A DNA stretch of 64,000 bases from Candidatus Liberimonas magnetica (lineage in GTDB: Bacteria > Elusimicrobiota > Endomicrobiia > Endomicrobiales > JAFGIL01), in contig JAJAPY010000016.1 in NCBI GenBank assembly GCA_020523885.1, positions 10,359 to 74,358 of the forward strand, in the 5' to 3' direction. A model generated the notes under the pieces. The model was given only the letters and a program-made list of their open reading frames with translations. It was not told where the DNA came from and made no database searches. The translations under genes were made by a program, and so were the position numbers. This document shows, in pieces, positions 46,506 through 55,244 of the stretch; the stretch's first letter is position 1, and every line of letters begins with the position of its first letter.

Positions 46506-49463
46506 ATGACTATAATTAAAAAAATAATATTCATAGGTATTATTTTACGTACGATATCTGCCAGCTCTGTTTTCGGCCAGGATGTCATTACTACTTTTGC
46601 CGGAACCGGAACTTACGGTTATTCAGGCGACGGAGGGTTGGCCGCTTCAGCCAGGCTATATAATCCTAAAGGAGTAGCGGTTGATAATAATTCGGGAGTT
46701 GTTTATATCTGTGATAGTAATAATCATCGAATACGGAAAGTAAACGCTTCGGGAATAATATCAACTTTTGCCGGAACGGGAACAGCCGGTTTTTCAGGAG
46801 ACGGCAGCCTTGCAACTTCAGCTGAACTTGATACACCTTATGGAGTAGCGGTTGACACTTCAGGGAATGTCTATATCTCTGACCAGGGTAACAACCGGAT
46901 ACGGAAAGTAAACACTTCAAGCACAATAGCAACTTTTGCCGGAGGCGGGACCGGTGGTTTAGGCGACGGCGGCCCTGCAACCTCCGCCCAACTTAATAGT
47001 CCTTACGGAGTAGCGGTTGATTCTTCAGGGAATGTCTATATCTCTGACCAGGGTAACAACCGGATACGGAAAGTAAACACTTCAGGCACAATAGCAACTT
47101 TTGCCGGAGGCGGGACCGGCGGTTTAGGCGACGGCGGCCCTGCAGTCTTAGCTCAACTTAATAACCCTTATGGAGTAACGGTTGACACTCAAGGGAGTGT
47201 CTATATCTCTGATTATACTAATAATTTAATCAGGAAAGTAAACGCTTCAGGCACAATAGCAACTTTTGCCGGAGGCGGGGTCGGCGGTTTAGGCGACGGC
47301 GGCCCTGCAACTTCAGCCCGGCTCACAAATCCCAGTGGTATAGCGGTTGATGATTTAGGGAATGTTTATATTTCTTCCTTTATTGATTTTCGAATACGGA
47401 AAGTGGACACTTCAGGAATAATATCAACTTTTGCGGGGACTGGAATTGCAGGTGATTCAGGCGACGGAGGGAAAGCTACGTTAGCTCAGATAAGTAATTC
47501 TTACGGAGTAGCTGTCGATACTTCAGGGCATGTTTATATCTCTGACTATAACAGTCATCGAATAAGGAAAGTTATTTTGGGGCGCGGGGCTATTGCAGGG
47601 CAGGTATTAGATTCTTATGGAAAAACAGCGGTTTCGGGAGTGCTCATAGAAATATTGCAGTCGGGTGTGCTTAAATCAAGTACGACAAGCGATACGTTCG
47701 GAAATTATGCAGTCAAAGTTGATACCGGGGTTTATAATGTGCGGGCTTCTTTGACAGGCTACCAACCTCAGACTAAAAACGGGTATAATGTAAAAACTAG
47801 TTCGACTGTAACGGTAAATTTTTCCCTTGCACGGATCATCGGCGTTATTTCCGGAAAAGTAACAAAATCGGACGGAACAACGGCGGTTTCAGGAGCGCTC
47901 GTAGAAGCAATGCAATCCGGAGTAACAAAAGCAAGCATTAATACGAATACAAGCGGCAATTACTCAATGAAAATAACTCCGGGGACGTATGATGTAAGAG
48001 TGTCTTCTACAGGTTATGAGCCCCAGCTTAAAACAGGTTATACCGTAGCCGATGGTTCAACTGCCACAGTAAATTTTTCTCTTCTGCAGATCCCAGGTGT
48101 TATTTCAGGCAAAGTGACAAAATCAGACGGAACAACACCTGTCCCAGGAGCCCTTATAGAAATATTACAGTCCGGCGCAGTTAAAGCAAGCGCAACAAGC
48201 GATATAAGCGGCAATTATTCTATAACAACAGATGTGGGAACCTATAATGTAAAGGCATCTAAAACAGGATACCTGTCCCAGACAAAAACCGGGTATGACG
48301 TGACAACCGGTTCGACAAAAACCGTTGATTTTTTGCTTGTCGAGCTTTCTGCAGCTAAAACAGGCGTCATTTCAGGTAAAGTTACACGGTCAAATGGCAC
48401 AACTCCTGTCTCCGGAGCGATGGTAGAAGCGTTAATTTCAGGAATAACAAAAGCAAATGCAACAACAGATGCAAGCGGCAATTATTCTATAAGAGCAGGG
48501 ACGGGGACATATAATGTAAAGGCATCTAAAGCAGGGTACATGTCACAGACAAAAACCGGATACTATGTGGCAGACGGTTCGACAAAAACCGTTAATTTTT
48601 CGCTTGTCGAGCTTGCGGCAGCCAAAACCGGGGTTATTTCAGGGAACGTGACACGGTCGGACGGCATAACACCTGCTTCCGGAGCGGTAGTAGAAGCATT
48701 AATTTCCGGAATAACAAAAGCAAATGTAACAACAGATCTGTACGGCAATTATTCTATAACAGTAGGGACGGGGGCCTATGACGTAAAGGCATCTAAAGGC
48801 GGGTACCTGTCTCAAACAAAAACAGGGTATGACGTGACAACAGGATCGACAAAAACCGTTAATTTTTCGCTTGTAGAGCTTTCAGGGGGCAGCTATGGCG
48901 AAATTGCCGGAAGAGTGACAAAATCCGACGGAGTGACACCTGTTTTTGGTGCGGTAATTGAGGTATTTGAGGCAGGCGTGGAAAGATCAAATGCGATGAC
49001 CGATATAGACGGTTATTATTACCTGGCGGTATCGACAGGGATTTATGATATAAAAGCTTCTATTACAGGATTTCAATCTCAGACAAAAACCTTTTATGCG
49101 CTGGACAGCGCGTCGTTAGTTACTGTAGATTTTTCTTTAGTTGAGGAAATACAGGAAAAACAGGAGATACCTCACGACGACAAAGTGATCGCTCTCGGAG
49201 ATAACTTGTTTAATCCGAGGGCGGGCGGGACATGCAAGGTATGGTTTAACCTTTCACAACCGGGCGATGTAACGATAAAAGTGTATGATTTTATGGGCTC
49301 TCAGGTAAGAACCGGCCTGGACAATGCAAACCATGCTTCGGGGATATCCCAGTGGAACTGGGACGGTAAAGATAATGACGGGAAAATCGTCCCGCCCGGC
49401 ATCTATATTCTGTATTTTAAATACCCGGGTGGAATTATAAAAAGAAAAATAGGCGTAAAATGA
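46506..49463 (+). CDS. Secreted protein: six NHL repeats, six CarboxypepD_reg-like domains, FlgD-Ig-like C-terminal domain (paralog of 21012-23195)
   Basis: Signal peptide, six ...VYIS.. NHL blades, six GVISGKVT.SDGTT.VSGA.VE... domains. The tail WNWDGKDNDGKIVPPGIYILYFKYPGG is nearly the same as the paralog's. Confidence 0.85.
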   Translation: MTIIKKIIFIGIILRTISASSVFGQDVITTFAGTGTYGYSGDGGLAASARLYNPKGVAVDNNSGVVYICDSNNHRIRKVNASGIISTFAGTGTAGFSGDGSLATSAELDTPYGVAVDTSGNVYISDQGNNRIRKVNTSSTIATFAGGGTGGLGDGGPATSAQLNSPYGVAVDSSGNVYISDQGNNRIRKVNTSGTIATFAGGGTGGLGDGGPAVLAQLNNPYGVTVDTQGSVYISDYTNNLIRKVNASGTIATFAGGGVGGLGDGGPATSARLTNPSGIAVDDLGNVYISSFIDFRIRKVDTSGIISTFAGTGIAGDSGDGGKATLAQISNSYGVAVDTSGHVYISDYNSHRIRKVILGRGAIAGQVLDSYGKTAVSGVLIEILQSGVLKSSTTSDTFGNYAVKVDTGVYNVRASLTGYQPQTKNGYNVKTSSTVTVNFSLARIIGVISGKVTKSDGTTAVSGALVEAMQSGVTKASINTNTSGNYSMKITPGTYDVRVSSTGYEPQLKTGYTVADGSTATVNFSLLQIPGVISGKVTKSDGTTPVPGALIEILQSGAVKASATSDISGNYSITTDVGTYNVKASKTGYLSQTKTGYDVTTGSTKTVDFLLVELSAAKTGVISGKVTRSNGTTPVSGAMVEALISGITKANATTDASGNYSIRAGTGTYNVKASKAGYMSQTKTGYYVADGSTKTVNFSLVELAAAKTGVISGNVTRSDGITPASGAVVEALISGITKANVTTDLYGNYSITVGTGAYDVKASKGGYLSQTKTGYDVTTGSTKTVNFSLVELSGGSYGEIAGRVTKSDGVTPVFGAVIEVFEAGVERSNAMTDIDGYYYLAVSTGIYDIKASITGFQSQTKTFYALDSASLVTVDFSLVEEIQEKQEIPHDDKVIALGDNLFNPRAGGTCKVWFNLSQPGDVTIKVYDFMGSQVRTGLDNANHASGISQWNWDGKDNDGKIVPPGIYILYFKYPGGIIKRKIGVK
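46836..47165 (+). repeat. Intragenic tandem repeat, 2 x 165 bp (one NHL blade each)
   Basis: The copies start at 46836 and 47001. By eye I count about a dozen mismatches, including one run of 62 identical nt. A third, more diverged copy follows. Confidence 0.85.
48336..48869 (+). repeat. Intragenic tandem repeat, 2 x 267 bp (one CarboxypepD_reg-like domain each)
   Basis: Units begin with cttgtcgagctt at 48336 and 48603; the next unit starts at 48870. The encoded units, LVEL(S/A)AAKTGVISG..., are highly similar. Confidence 0.8.
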
Positions 49464-49519
49464 GACAACACAACAAGACACAAGACACAAGACTATACTA
49501 TATTGCTTAGGAATTATGG

Positions 49520-50845
49520 ATGAACATAGCAAAACGTAACTTAGTAATTATATTTTTATTTTGTATTTTATTCATGCAAAGTAAGTTGTTCGCGGACCAG
49601 CCTGCCGGGGTGTTCCTTGGGCTGCCTGTATCAGCAAGGGCAGGGGGAATGGCTGATTGTTTTACCGCTTTGGCTGATGACCCGTTCGGCGCATATTATA
49701 ACCCGGCCGGAATATCGTTTATTAGATATCCTGCAGCTTCTTTTTCATACCAGGAGTACTTAGTAGATACAAACGGTACTTTTGCGGCAATAGCTGTTCC
49801 GGGAAGGAATTTCAGTATGAGTATCGCACCCGGATTTGTTACGATGCAAGAAGAACCTATATATGATTCCTTGTGGAATGATACAGGAAAGAAATTCAAG
49901 TTCCAGGCAACGATAGTCCCAGTATCAGGTGCATACAGGATTGGAGGCTTTTCTTTAGGGGCTTCGGCTAAATACTATAAAGAAGAGATAGCTGATGAAG
50001 CGCAAGACGTTTCAACGTTTGATGCCGGCATAATTTATAAGTTTAAAAACATAAGTTTTGGCGCATCCTGGCTTAACATGAACGGTAAATTGTGGGATTA
50101 TGACCTTCCGGGTACGATAAAATACGGTGCCGCCTGCAAGATCATGAAAACAAACCTTCTTTTTGATTACAATTCTCAAATTAATATAAGGAAGGATTCT
50201 TATAATTTGGGCGGAGAGGTTGCGCTGTATGAAGCTTTGTTTATAAGGTTCGGGTATAAGTTAAAAGACGAGTTTGGCGGGTTAAGCTATGGTTTAGGCA
50301 TTAAGATCGGCAAATTTGATATTGATTATGCATCTTCAAACTACAGCGAGCTTGGAGTGACCCAGAGAGTAGCCTTGAACTGTCGTTTTAGCGGTGAAAA
50401 GGCGGAAGAGCCTGTAAAAAGAAAGGAAGAGAAGGTCAGCCGTGTTAAAAAACTGGAAAAAGGCTCAAGGATAGCCGTCTGCGAATTTAAGGCTGAAAAC
50501 ACTTCTCAAGCCAGTGTTTCGATGCTAAGACGTGCCATATTTAACGAACTTAGTTCGAACAGGAAGTTCGAAACGCTTAGCAAGGAAAATATGGAAACGG
50601 CCCTTACCAAAAAGGGGTTTAAATCGACAGGGTGCACAAACGATGAATGTGCAGTTAGAATGGGAAAGGCCCTTAAAGTAAAAGTTGTCTTAACAGGTTC
50701 ATTATCAAAGACTGAGGATACTTATCACATTAAAATTTCATTGGTAGAGGTCAAAACCGGAGAGGTTATGCAGTCCATTGCCCAGGATGCGACCTTGGCC
50801 ACGTTATTACAGGCCTGCAAGCAAATCGTTGAAAGAATAGAATAG
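49520..50845 (+). CDS. PorV/PorQ-like outer-membrane beta-barrel fused to a CsgG/LpoB-like periplasmic domain (paralog of 23229-24581)
   Basis: ARAGGMADCFTALADDPFGAYYNPAGISF. C-terminal domain with GCTNDECAVRMGKALKVKVVLTGSL. The 5' ~170 nt are very similar to the paralog at the DNA level. Confidence 0.6.
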   Translation: MNIAKRNLVIIFLFCILFMQSKLFADQPAGVFLGLPVSARAGGMADCFTALADDPFGAYYNPAGISFIRYPAASFSYQEYLVDTNGTFAAIAVPGRNFSMSIAPGFVTMQEEPIYDSLWNDTGKKFKFQATIVPVSGAYRIGGFSLGASAKYYKEEIADEAQDVSTFDAGIIYKFKNISFGASWLNMNGKLWDYDLPGTIKYGAACKIMKTNLLFDYNSQINIRKDSYNLGGEVALYEALFIRFGYKLKDEFGGLSYGLGIKIGKFDIDYASSNYSELGVTQRVALNCRFSGEKAEEPVKRKEEKVSRVKKLEKGSRIAVCEFKAENTSQASVSMLRRAIFNELSSNRKFETLSKENMETALTKKGFKSTGCTNDECAVRMGKALKVKVVLTGSLSKTEDTYHIKISLVEVKTGEVMQSIAQDATLATLLQACKQIVERIE

Positions 50846-50880
50846 CTGTATGTCCTGTTTGAAATCAATTTAAAAAAGCC

Positions 50881-50991
50881 GTCATTCCTGCCCCCGATTT
50901 AGGGCATTCGAGGGTAAACTCCAGCAGGAATCCAGAGAAGTTGTTTGTCGTCGATATTCCTGGATTCCCGCTAAAGGCATGCAGGAATGAC
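50881..50991. repeat. Nested inverted repeat with GTCATT...AATGAC termini (REP/MITE-like)
   Basis: Outer pair GTCATTCCTGC / GCAGGAATGAC. Inner pair GCAGGAATCCAG / CCTGGATTCCCGC. Confidence 0.75.
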
Positions 50992-51033
50992 AAAATATGT
51001 TGGAGAGTAGTGAAAATATAATAAAATAAAATG

Positions 51034-51062
51034 TTGATTTTTGTGCGTAAAATAGATAAAAT
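51034..51062 (+). promoter_or_regulatory. Sigma70-type promoter candidate for the 51126 gene
   Basis: TTGATT (51034-51039), 17 nt, TAAAAT (51057-51062). Confidence 0.35.
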
Positions 51063-51125
51063 AACGTCAGTCAATGCATTGAAAAACTCCGTTTTTTTAA
51101 CGGAAATCATAGCCGGGGAGTTGTT

Positions 51126-52757
51126 ATGAAAAAAATTATATTTTTATCAGCTGTTATCTGTATAAATTGTTCCTTTGTTTATGCCGCCTTATCTCAAAAG
51201 ATTAATTTTCAGGGCCAGCTGACAAATTCAAACGGCAGCCCTGTGACAGGTACCGTTTCCATGACTTTCAATATCCATGACGCCTTGACGGGAGGGAATA
51301 CCCTAAAAACCATAACTAATTCAAGCGTTTCATTTAATGAAAACGGATTGTATAACGTTGAGCTGGATTTAACGGGTTTAAACTTAAACCAGGATATGTG
51401 GCTCGGCATTAAGGTGGGCTCGGATTCCGAGATGACGCCCAGGGTCCCCATACTTCCTTCCGCATCTTCAATTTTTTCAATAACGGCCCAGAGCGCTCAG
51501 GCTTCCCAGGATAGCAGCCAGTTGGGAGGCATAAGCGCTAATTCTTACTTCTTAAAATCAGGCGGCACGCTAACAGGCCAGATAAACATGGGAAATTTCT
51601 CTATACTTACATCGAGCTCTATCGTAGGGATAACAAAGATAAAATGGGCTGACGGGTCTACAAGCACCCATGCGGCGTCATGCAGCGGCGCCGACATGAC
51701 AAAAGCGACTTATGATGTTAACTCAAACAATAGCGTTGACGATTCAGAGAGGCTGGGCGGAGCATTGCCTTCCATATATTTAACTAAAGCTGTTGCCACC
51801 ACTACTTACTTGCCCTTATCTGTTGCCGCGACTACATATTTGAAATTAGCTGTAGCTAATACAGCTTATATGAAATTATCCGGAGGCACTCTTGGCGGCA
51901 AATTGAACATGAGCAATTTTTCTGTTATTTCTTCCAGTTCCATAGAAGGCATATCAAAGATAAGATGGGCAGACGGGTCTGTAAGTACCCATGCAGCCTC
52001 GATGAGCAGTGCTGATATGACAAAGTCCACCTATGATACAGATACAGATAATATAGTTGACAATTCAGAAAGGCTTGGCGGCAGCCTGCCTTCCCTATAT
52101 TTAACTAAAGCTGTTGCCACTACTACTTACCTGCCTTTAGCTGTTGCATCCACTACGTATTTGAGATTGTCTGTTGCCAATACCACTTATATGAAATTAT
52201 CCGGCGGGACGTTTAGCGGTGACATAACTTCATCGCAAAACAGATTGCAAATATCTACTAATGTGTATACAGTCGGCTATTCCTCAGCTGCCGCATTTTA
52301 CGGAGACGGCTCAAACCTCAGCCTGGGCAGGTCATACGGAGAGATGTTTGCAACTGCTTCTGCGGATCTTAGTGACGTAACCGTTGCCGGCACTTATTTG
52401 AAAGCAGCCACTGTTACTACAGCTGGTGATCTTAAGAATTTCACCCATTCATCAGGAAGGTTGACTTATACTGGAACAAAAACAAAGATATTTAAATGCA
52501 GCGTTTCTTTAACCTCGGCAGTAGCCGCAGGCACACACCTGACAGGTTATAAGATCTATAAAAATGGGGCGCCAATTGCAAAGAGCGAAATATTATCTGT
52601 AACTGGAACAACAGCAATTAATAGATCGGATGTTAATCTTGGATGTCTCGCCCAATTAAACCAAAATGATTTCCTTGAACTTTGGCTTACAACCACTGAT
52701 GCAATTATAGATGTGACAGTATCCTATTTGAATTTTAGTTTAACAGAGGTGCAATAG
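51126..52757 (+). CDS. Secreted tail-fibre-like repeat protein with a possible jelly-roll (C1q/TNF-like) C-terminal head
   Basis: Signal peptide. The N-terminal INFQGQLTNSNGSPVTG domain is a type common in bacterial fibre proteins. Two 107-aa repeats contain ERLGG.LPS.YLTK and YMKLSGGT..G motifs reminiscent of phage tail fibres. Confidence 0.55.
   Translation: MKKIIFLSAVICINCSFVYAALSQKINFQGQLTNSNGSPVTGTVSMTFNIHDALTGGNTLKTITNSSVSFNENGLYNVELDLTGLNLNQDMWLGIKVGSDSEMTPRVPILPSASSIFSITAQSAQASQDSSQLGGISANSYFLKSGGTLTGQINMGNFSILTSSSIVGITKIKWADGSTSTHAASCSGADMTKATYDVNSNNSVDDSERLGGALPSIYLTKAVATTTYLPLSVAATTYLKLAVANTAYMKLSGGTLGGKLNMSNFSVISSSSIEGISKIRWADGSVSTHAASMSSADMTKSTYDTDTDNIVDNSERLGGSLPSLYLTKAVATTTYLPLAVASTTYLRLSVANTTYMKLSGGTFSGDITSSQNRLQISTNVYTVGYSSAAAFYGDGSNLSLGRSYGEMFATASADLSDVTVAGTYLKAATVTTAGDLKNFTHSSGRLTYTGTKTKIFKCSVSLTSAVAAGTHLTGYKIYKNGAPIAKSEILSVTGTTAINRSDVNLGCLAQLNQNDFLELWLTTTDAIIDVTVSYLNFSLTEVQ
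51558..52199 (+). repeat. Intragenic tandem repeat, 2 x 321 bp
   Basis: The units start with tc(a/c)gg(c/a)ggcac at 51558 and 51879, and a third unit begins at 52200. They encode SGGTL.G..NM.NFS...SSSI.GI.KI.WADGS.STHAAS... Confidence 0.8.
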
Positions 52758-52782
52758 GAGCATAAATATTTTTTAAAATAAA

Positions 52783-53349
52783 ATGAAAATAAAAAACTGT
52801 TATAAATTTATTTTATTGTTTCTCTATGGTTTTCTGTTTTTTTATTCCAAATGCCTGGCGGCAAGCGCGAGCGCTAACTATACGCTTGTCAATTACAGCT
52901 TGAATTCAAGCGCGGCAGCGGGGCTTTCCTCTGAAAATAACAAAGCGAAGGCGGCGATAGGGCAGAACATAGTTGTCTTAAGCGAAAGCCCGCTTTATAA
53001 GTCCCTGCCGGGCTACATCTCCGGGATTACGGCTACTGCGCTGACCTTTGCCTCGGATACCCTGGACAACGTTTACGTTTACCCTAACCCTTATAAGCCA
53101 AGCTCACAGGGAAGCATTTATCAGGCCCAGTACCTGACGTTTAAAAACCTTCCCCAGAGAGCTACAATAAAAATTTTCAGCCTCTCGGGTGAGTTGATAG
53201 CCGCGCTTGAAAAAGATTCAAGCTTGAACCAGTGCCAGTGGGTTCCGAAAAATGATGCCGGGAACCGGTTGTCGAGCGGTTTATATTTTTATTACATTAC
53301 AGATGGCCAGGGAAGAAAATCAAAAGGCAAATTTACCGTAATACGCTAA
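52783..53349 (+). CDS. Small secreted protein with an FlgD-Ig / T9SS-sorting-like C-terminal domain
   Basis: Signal peptide. C-terminal VYVYPNPYKP...ATIKIFSLSGELIA...SSGLYFYYITDGQGRKSKGKFTVIR. Confidence 0.55.
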   Translation: MKIKNCYKFILLFLYGFLFFYSKCLAASASANYTLVNYSLNSSAAAGLSSENNKAKAAIGQNIVVLSESPLYKSLPGYISGITATALTFASDTLDNVYVYPNPYKPSSQGSIYQAQYLTFKNLPQRATIKIFSLSGELIAALEKDSSLNQCQWVPKNDAGNRLSSGLYFYYITDGQGRKSKGKFTVIR

Positions 53350-53364
53350 AAAACGAAACGCTGT

Positions 53365-55119
53365 ATGAAGAATAAATCCGGAATTATCCTTGTTTTATGG
53401 TTTGCGCTTGCAGGTTTTGCTTCTATTTCAAAAGCGGCTCTATTTTCCAGGGATGACGCAGGGACTACTTCGGCACAGTTTTTAAAACTCGGGACAGGCG
53501 CAAGGCCTGTTGCCATGGGCGAGGCCTTCACCGGCCTGGCAGACGACATAAATGCGATATACTGGAACCCTGCAGGCCTGACAAACATAAATAATAGGGA
53601 AATTACAGCAATGAGGGCTCAGTGGTTCGAAGACGTTTCTTTCAACTGGGCAGCCTATACTCAGCCTGCCTTTGGCGGCAGTCTCGGGTTAGGGTTGTTT
53701 TATCTCGGGTCAGGTGATATAAAAAAATACGACAATACAGGTAAGGCAAGAAACGAGTCTTACAGCGGTTTTGACTCTGCTTTAAGCGTTTCCTACGCAA
53801 GGCAGTCGCTCTCTATACCGCTCGGCATTACAGTGAAGTTCCTGAATTCAAAACTGGAGGAGGAGTCTGCCTCTGGCATTGCTGCGGATATAGGGTTGCT
53901 TAAGACGCTATCCAAAGCAAAAGATATTATTTTCGGCCTTGCCCTGCAAAACATAGGGACAGGTTTAAAGTATGTCCAGGATAACTCACCGCTTCCTTTG
54001 ACGTTGAGGGCAGGCGTTTCGTTTAAACAGCTCAACAAAAAACTCCTTCTTGTTTCAGACCTGAACTTTCCCGTTGATAATGAAATAAATGCACACCTGG
54101 GAGCCGAATACAAACAGAATTTTGGCGCGTTTGACCTGTTCCCCAGAGTAGGTTTTAAGACAAATACGGTCCGCTCTAGGGATGTTTTGTCCGGGGTTTC
54201 CGGAGGCTTCGGCATTTCTTATAACGATATAAGCGTAAACTACGCCTGGGTCCCGTATTGGGAGCTGGGAGCTACCCAGAGGGTTGACATCGGGTTTAAG
54301 TTCAGCGAAACAAAAAAGAAAATAAAAATAGACTATTCCTCATATTCATCGCAGTATGCCTGTGTTGATTGTGTTAACATAGCAGCTCAAAACATCCACT
54401 TCGATTTCGGCAATTATAGCGTCAAAGAAATAGAAATGCCGATCCTGGATACCGTAGCCGCTCTGATATTCAAATACGACCCTTACAAAGTGCGCATTTC
54501 AGGGCATTCTGACACCGTGGAGGATAAAGCTTTTGGCAAAGATATCTCTTTTATGAGAGCGAATTTTGTTATGAAGTATTTAGTTGAAAGAGGCGTTCCG
54601 CAGGACAAGATTTATGCGGCAGGCTACGGGAGTGATTTACCCGTAGAACCTAACGACGCCGAAGCGGGGCGAAGCAAAAACAGGCGGGTAGAGTTTTTAA
54701 TAACCGATAATAAAGGCGGAGAAGAATTAAAGTTTTCACTTTATGCTTCTTTAAAGGAAAAAGAAGAACTTATAAACATGGATTTAAAGCTTGGCCAGAG
54801 CCTATTTGCAGAAGATAACTATGATAAAGCTATAGAGGAATTTAAAAAAGTTTTACAGCTTGACCCTGACAATACCGAGGCCAAAGAGTATATAAGGAAG
54901 GCCGAAGACATGAAAATCGGCAAAAAGAGCGTAACGGCTGATAATATAGATAAAAAGATAACCAGGATGCGCGGGTATTTTCAGAATGGGCAGGAGTTAT
55001 TTAAAAAAGGAAAATACAGGAAATCAATTAAAGAATTTGAAAAGGTTTTAAAAATAGACCCTATGCATGTCAAATCTATGAGATATATCTTGCGTGCCAC
55101 AGAAGAGATTAATAAATAG
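53365..55119 (+). CDS. PorV/PorQ-like beta-barrel fused to an OmpA C-terminal domain and TPR repeats
   Basis: GARPVAMGEAFTGLADDINAIYWNPAGL motif. OmpA-like RISGHSD...NRRVEFLI peptidoglycan-binding domain. C-terminal TPR-like repeats. Confidence 0.7.
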   Translation: MKNKSGIILVLWFALAGFASISKAALFSRDDAGTTSAQFLKLGTGARPVAMGEAFTGLADDINAIYWNPAGLTNINNREITAMRAQWFEDVSFNWAAYTQPAFGGSLGLGLFYLGSGDIKKYDNTGKARNESYSGFDSALSVSYARQSLSIPLGITVKFLNSKLEEESASGIAADIGLLKTLSKAKDIIFGLALQNIGTGLKYVQDNSPLPLTLRAGVSFKQLNKKLLLVSDLNFPVDNEINAHLGAEYKQNFGAFDLFPRVGFKTNTVRSRDVLSGVSGGFGISYNDISVNYAWVPYWELGATQRVDIGFKFSETKKKIKIDYSSYSSQYACVDCVNIAAQNIHFDFGNYSVKEIEMPILDTVAALIFKYDPYKVRISGHSDTVEDKAFGKDISFMRANFVMKYLVERGVPQDKIYAAGYGSDLPVEPNDAEAGRSKNRRVEFLITDNKGGEELKFSLYASLKEKEELINMDLKLGQSLFAEDNYDKAIEEFKKVLQLDPDNTEAKEYIRKAEDMKIGKKSVTADNIDKKITRMRGYFQNGQELFKKGKYRKSIKEFEKVLKIDPMHVKSMRYILRATEEINK

Positions 55120-55180
55120 CATCCCATCCCCGTTGTCCCTCATAATTGTTTTTTCTTTAAACTGTCAAATTTGAAGTAAG

Positions 55181-55209
55181 TTGAAATATGATTGAAAATT
55201 GAGTATAAT
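55181..55209 (+). promoter_or_regulatory. Sigma70-type promoter candidate for the MoxR operon
   Basis: TTGAAA (55181-55186), 17 nt, TATAAT (55204-55209). Confidence 0.5.
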
Positions 55210-55244
55210 TTATAAAGTTTCATTATTCTGAACGGAGGCGTAAC

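Noticed and set aside
50865-51110. 81-aa minus-strand ORF in the spacer after the second barrel gene.
   Set aside because: It is a translation of the GTCATT nested inverted repeat. It has no SD and no domain. Repeats of this type are known to generate false hypothetical proteins.
51126-55119. Prophage or phage-tail-like particle interpretation of the tail-fibre-like gene cluster.
   Set aside because: There are no capsid, terminase, portal, sheath, baseplate or lysis genes nearby. The neighbours are outer-membrane proteins with signal peptides.
44856-55119. An integrative genomic island delimited by xerD.
   Set aside because: The recombinase has housekeeping XerC/D features and sits at the end of a conserved gene string. 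I found no flanking direct repeats, tRNA target or mobility genes, so the idea is unsupported from this window alone.
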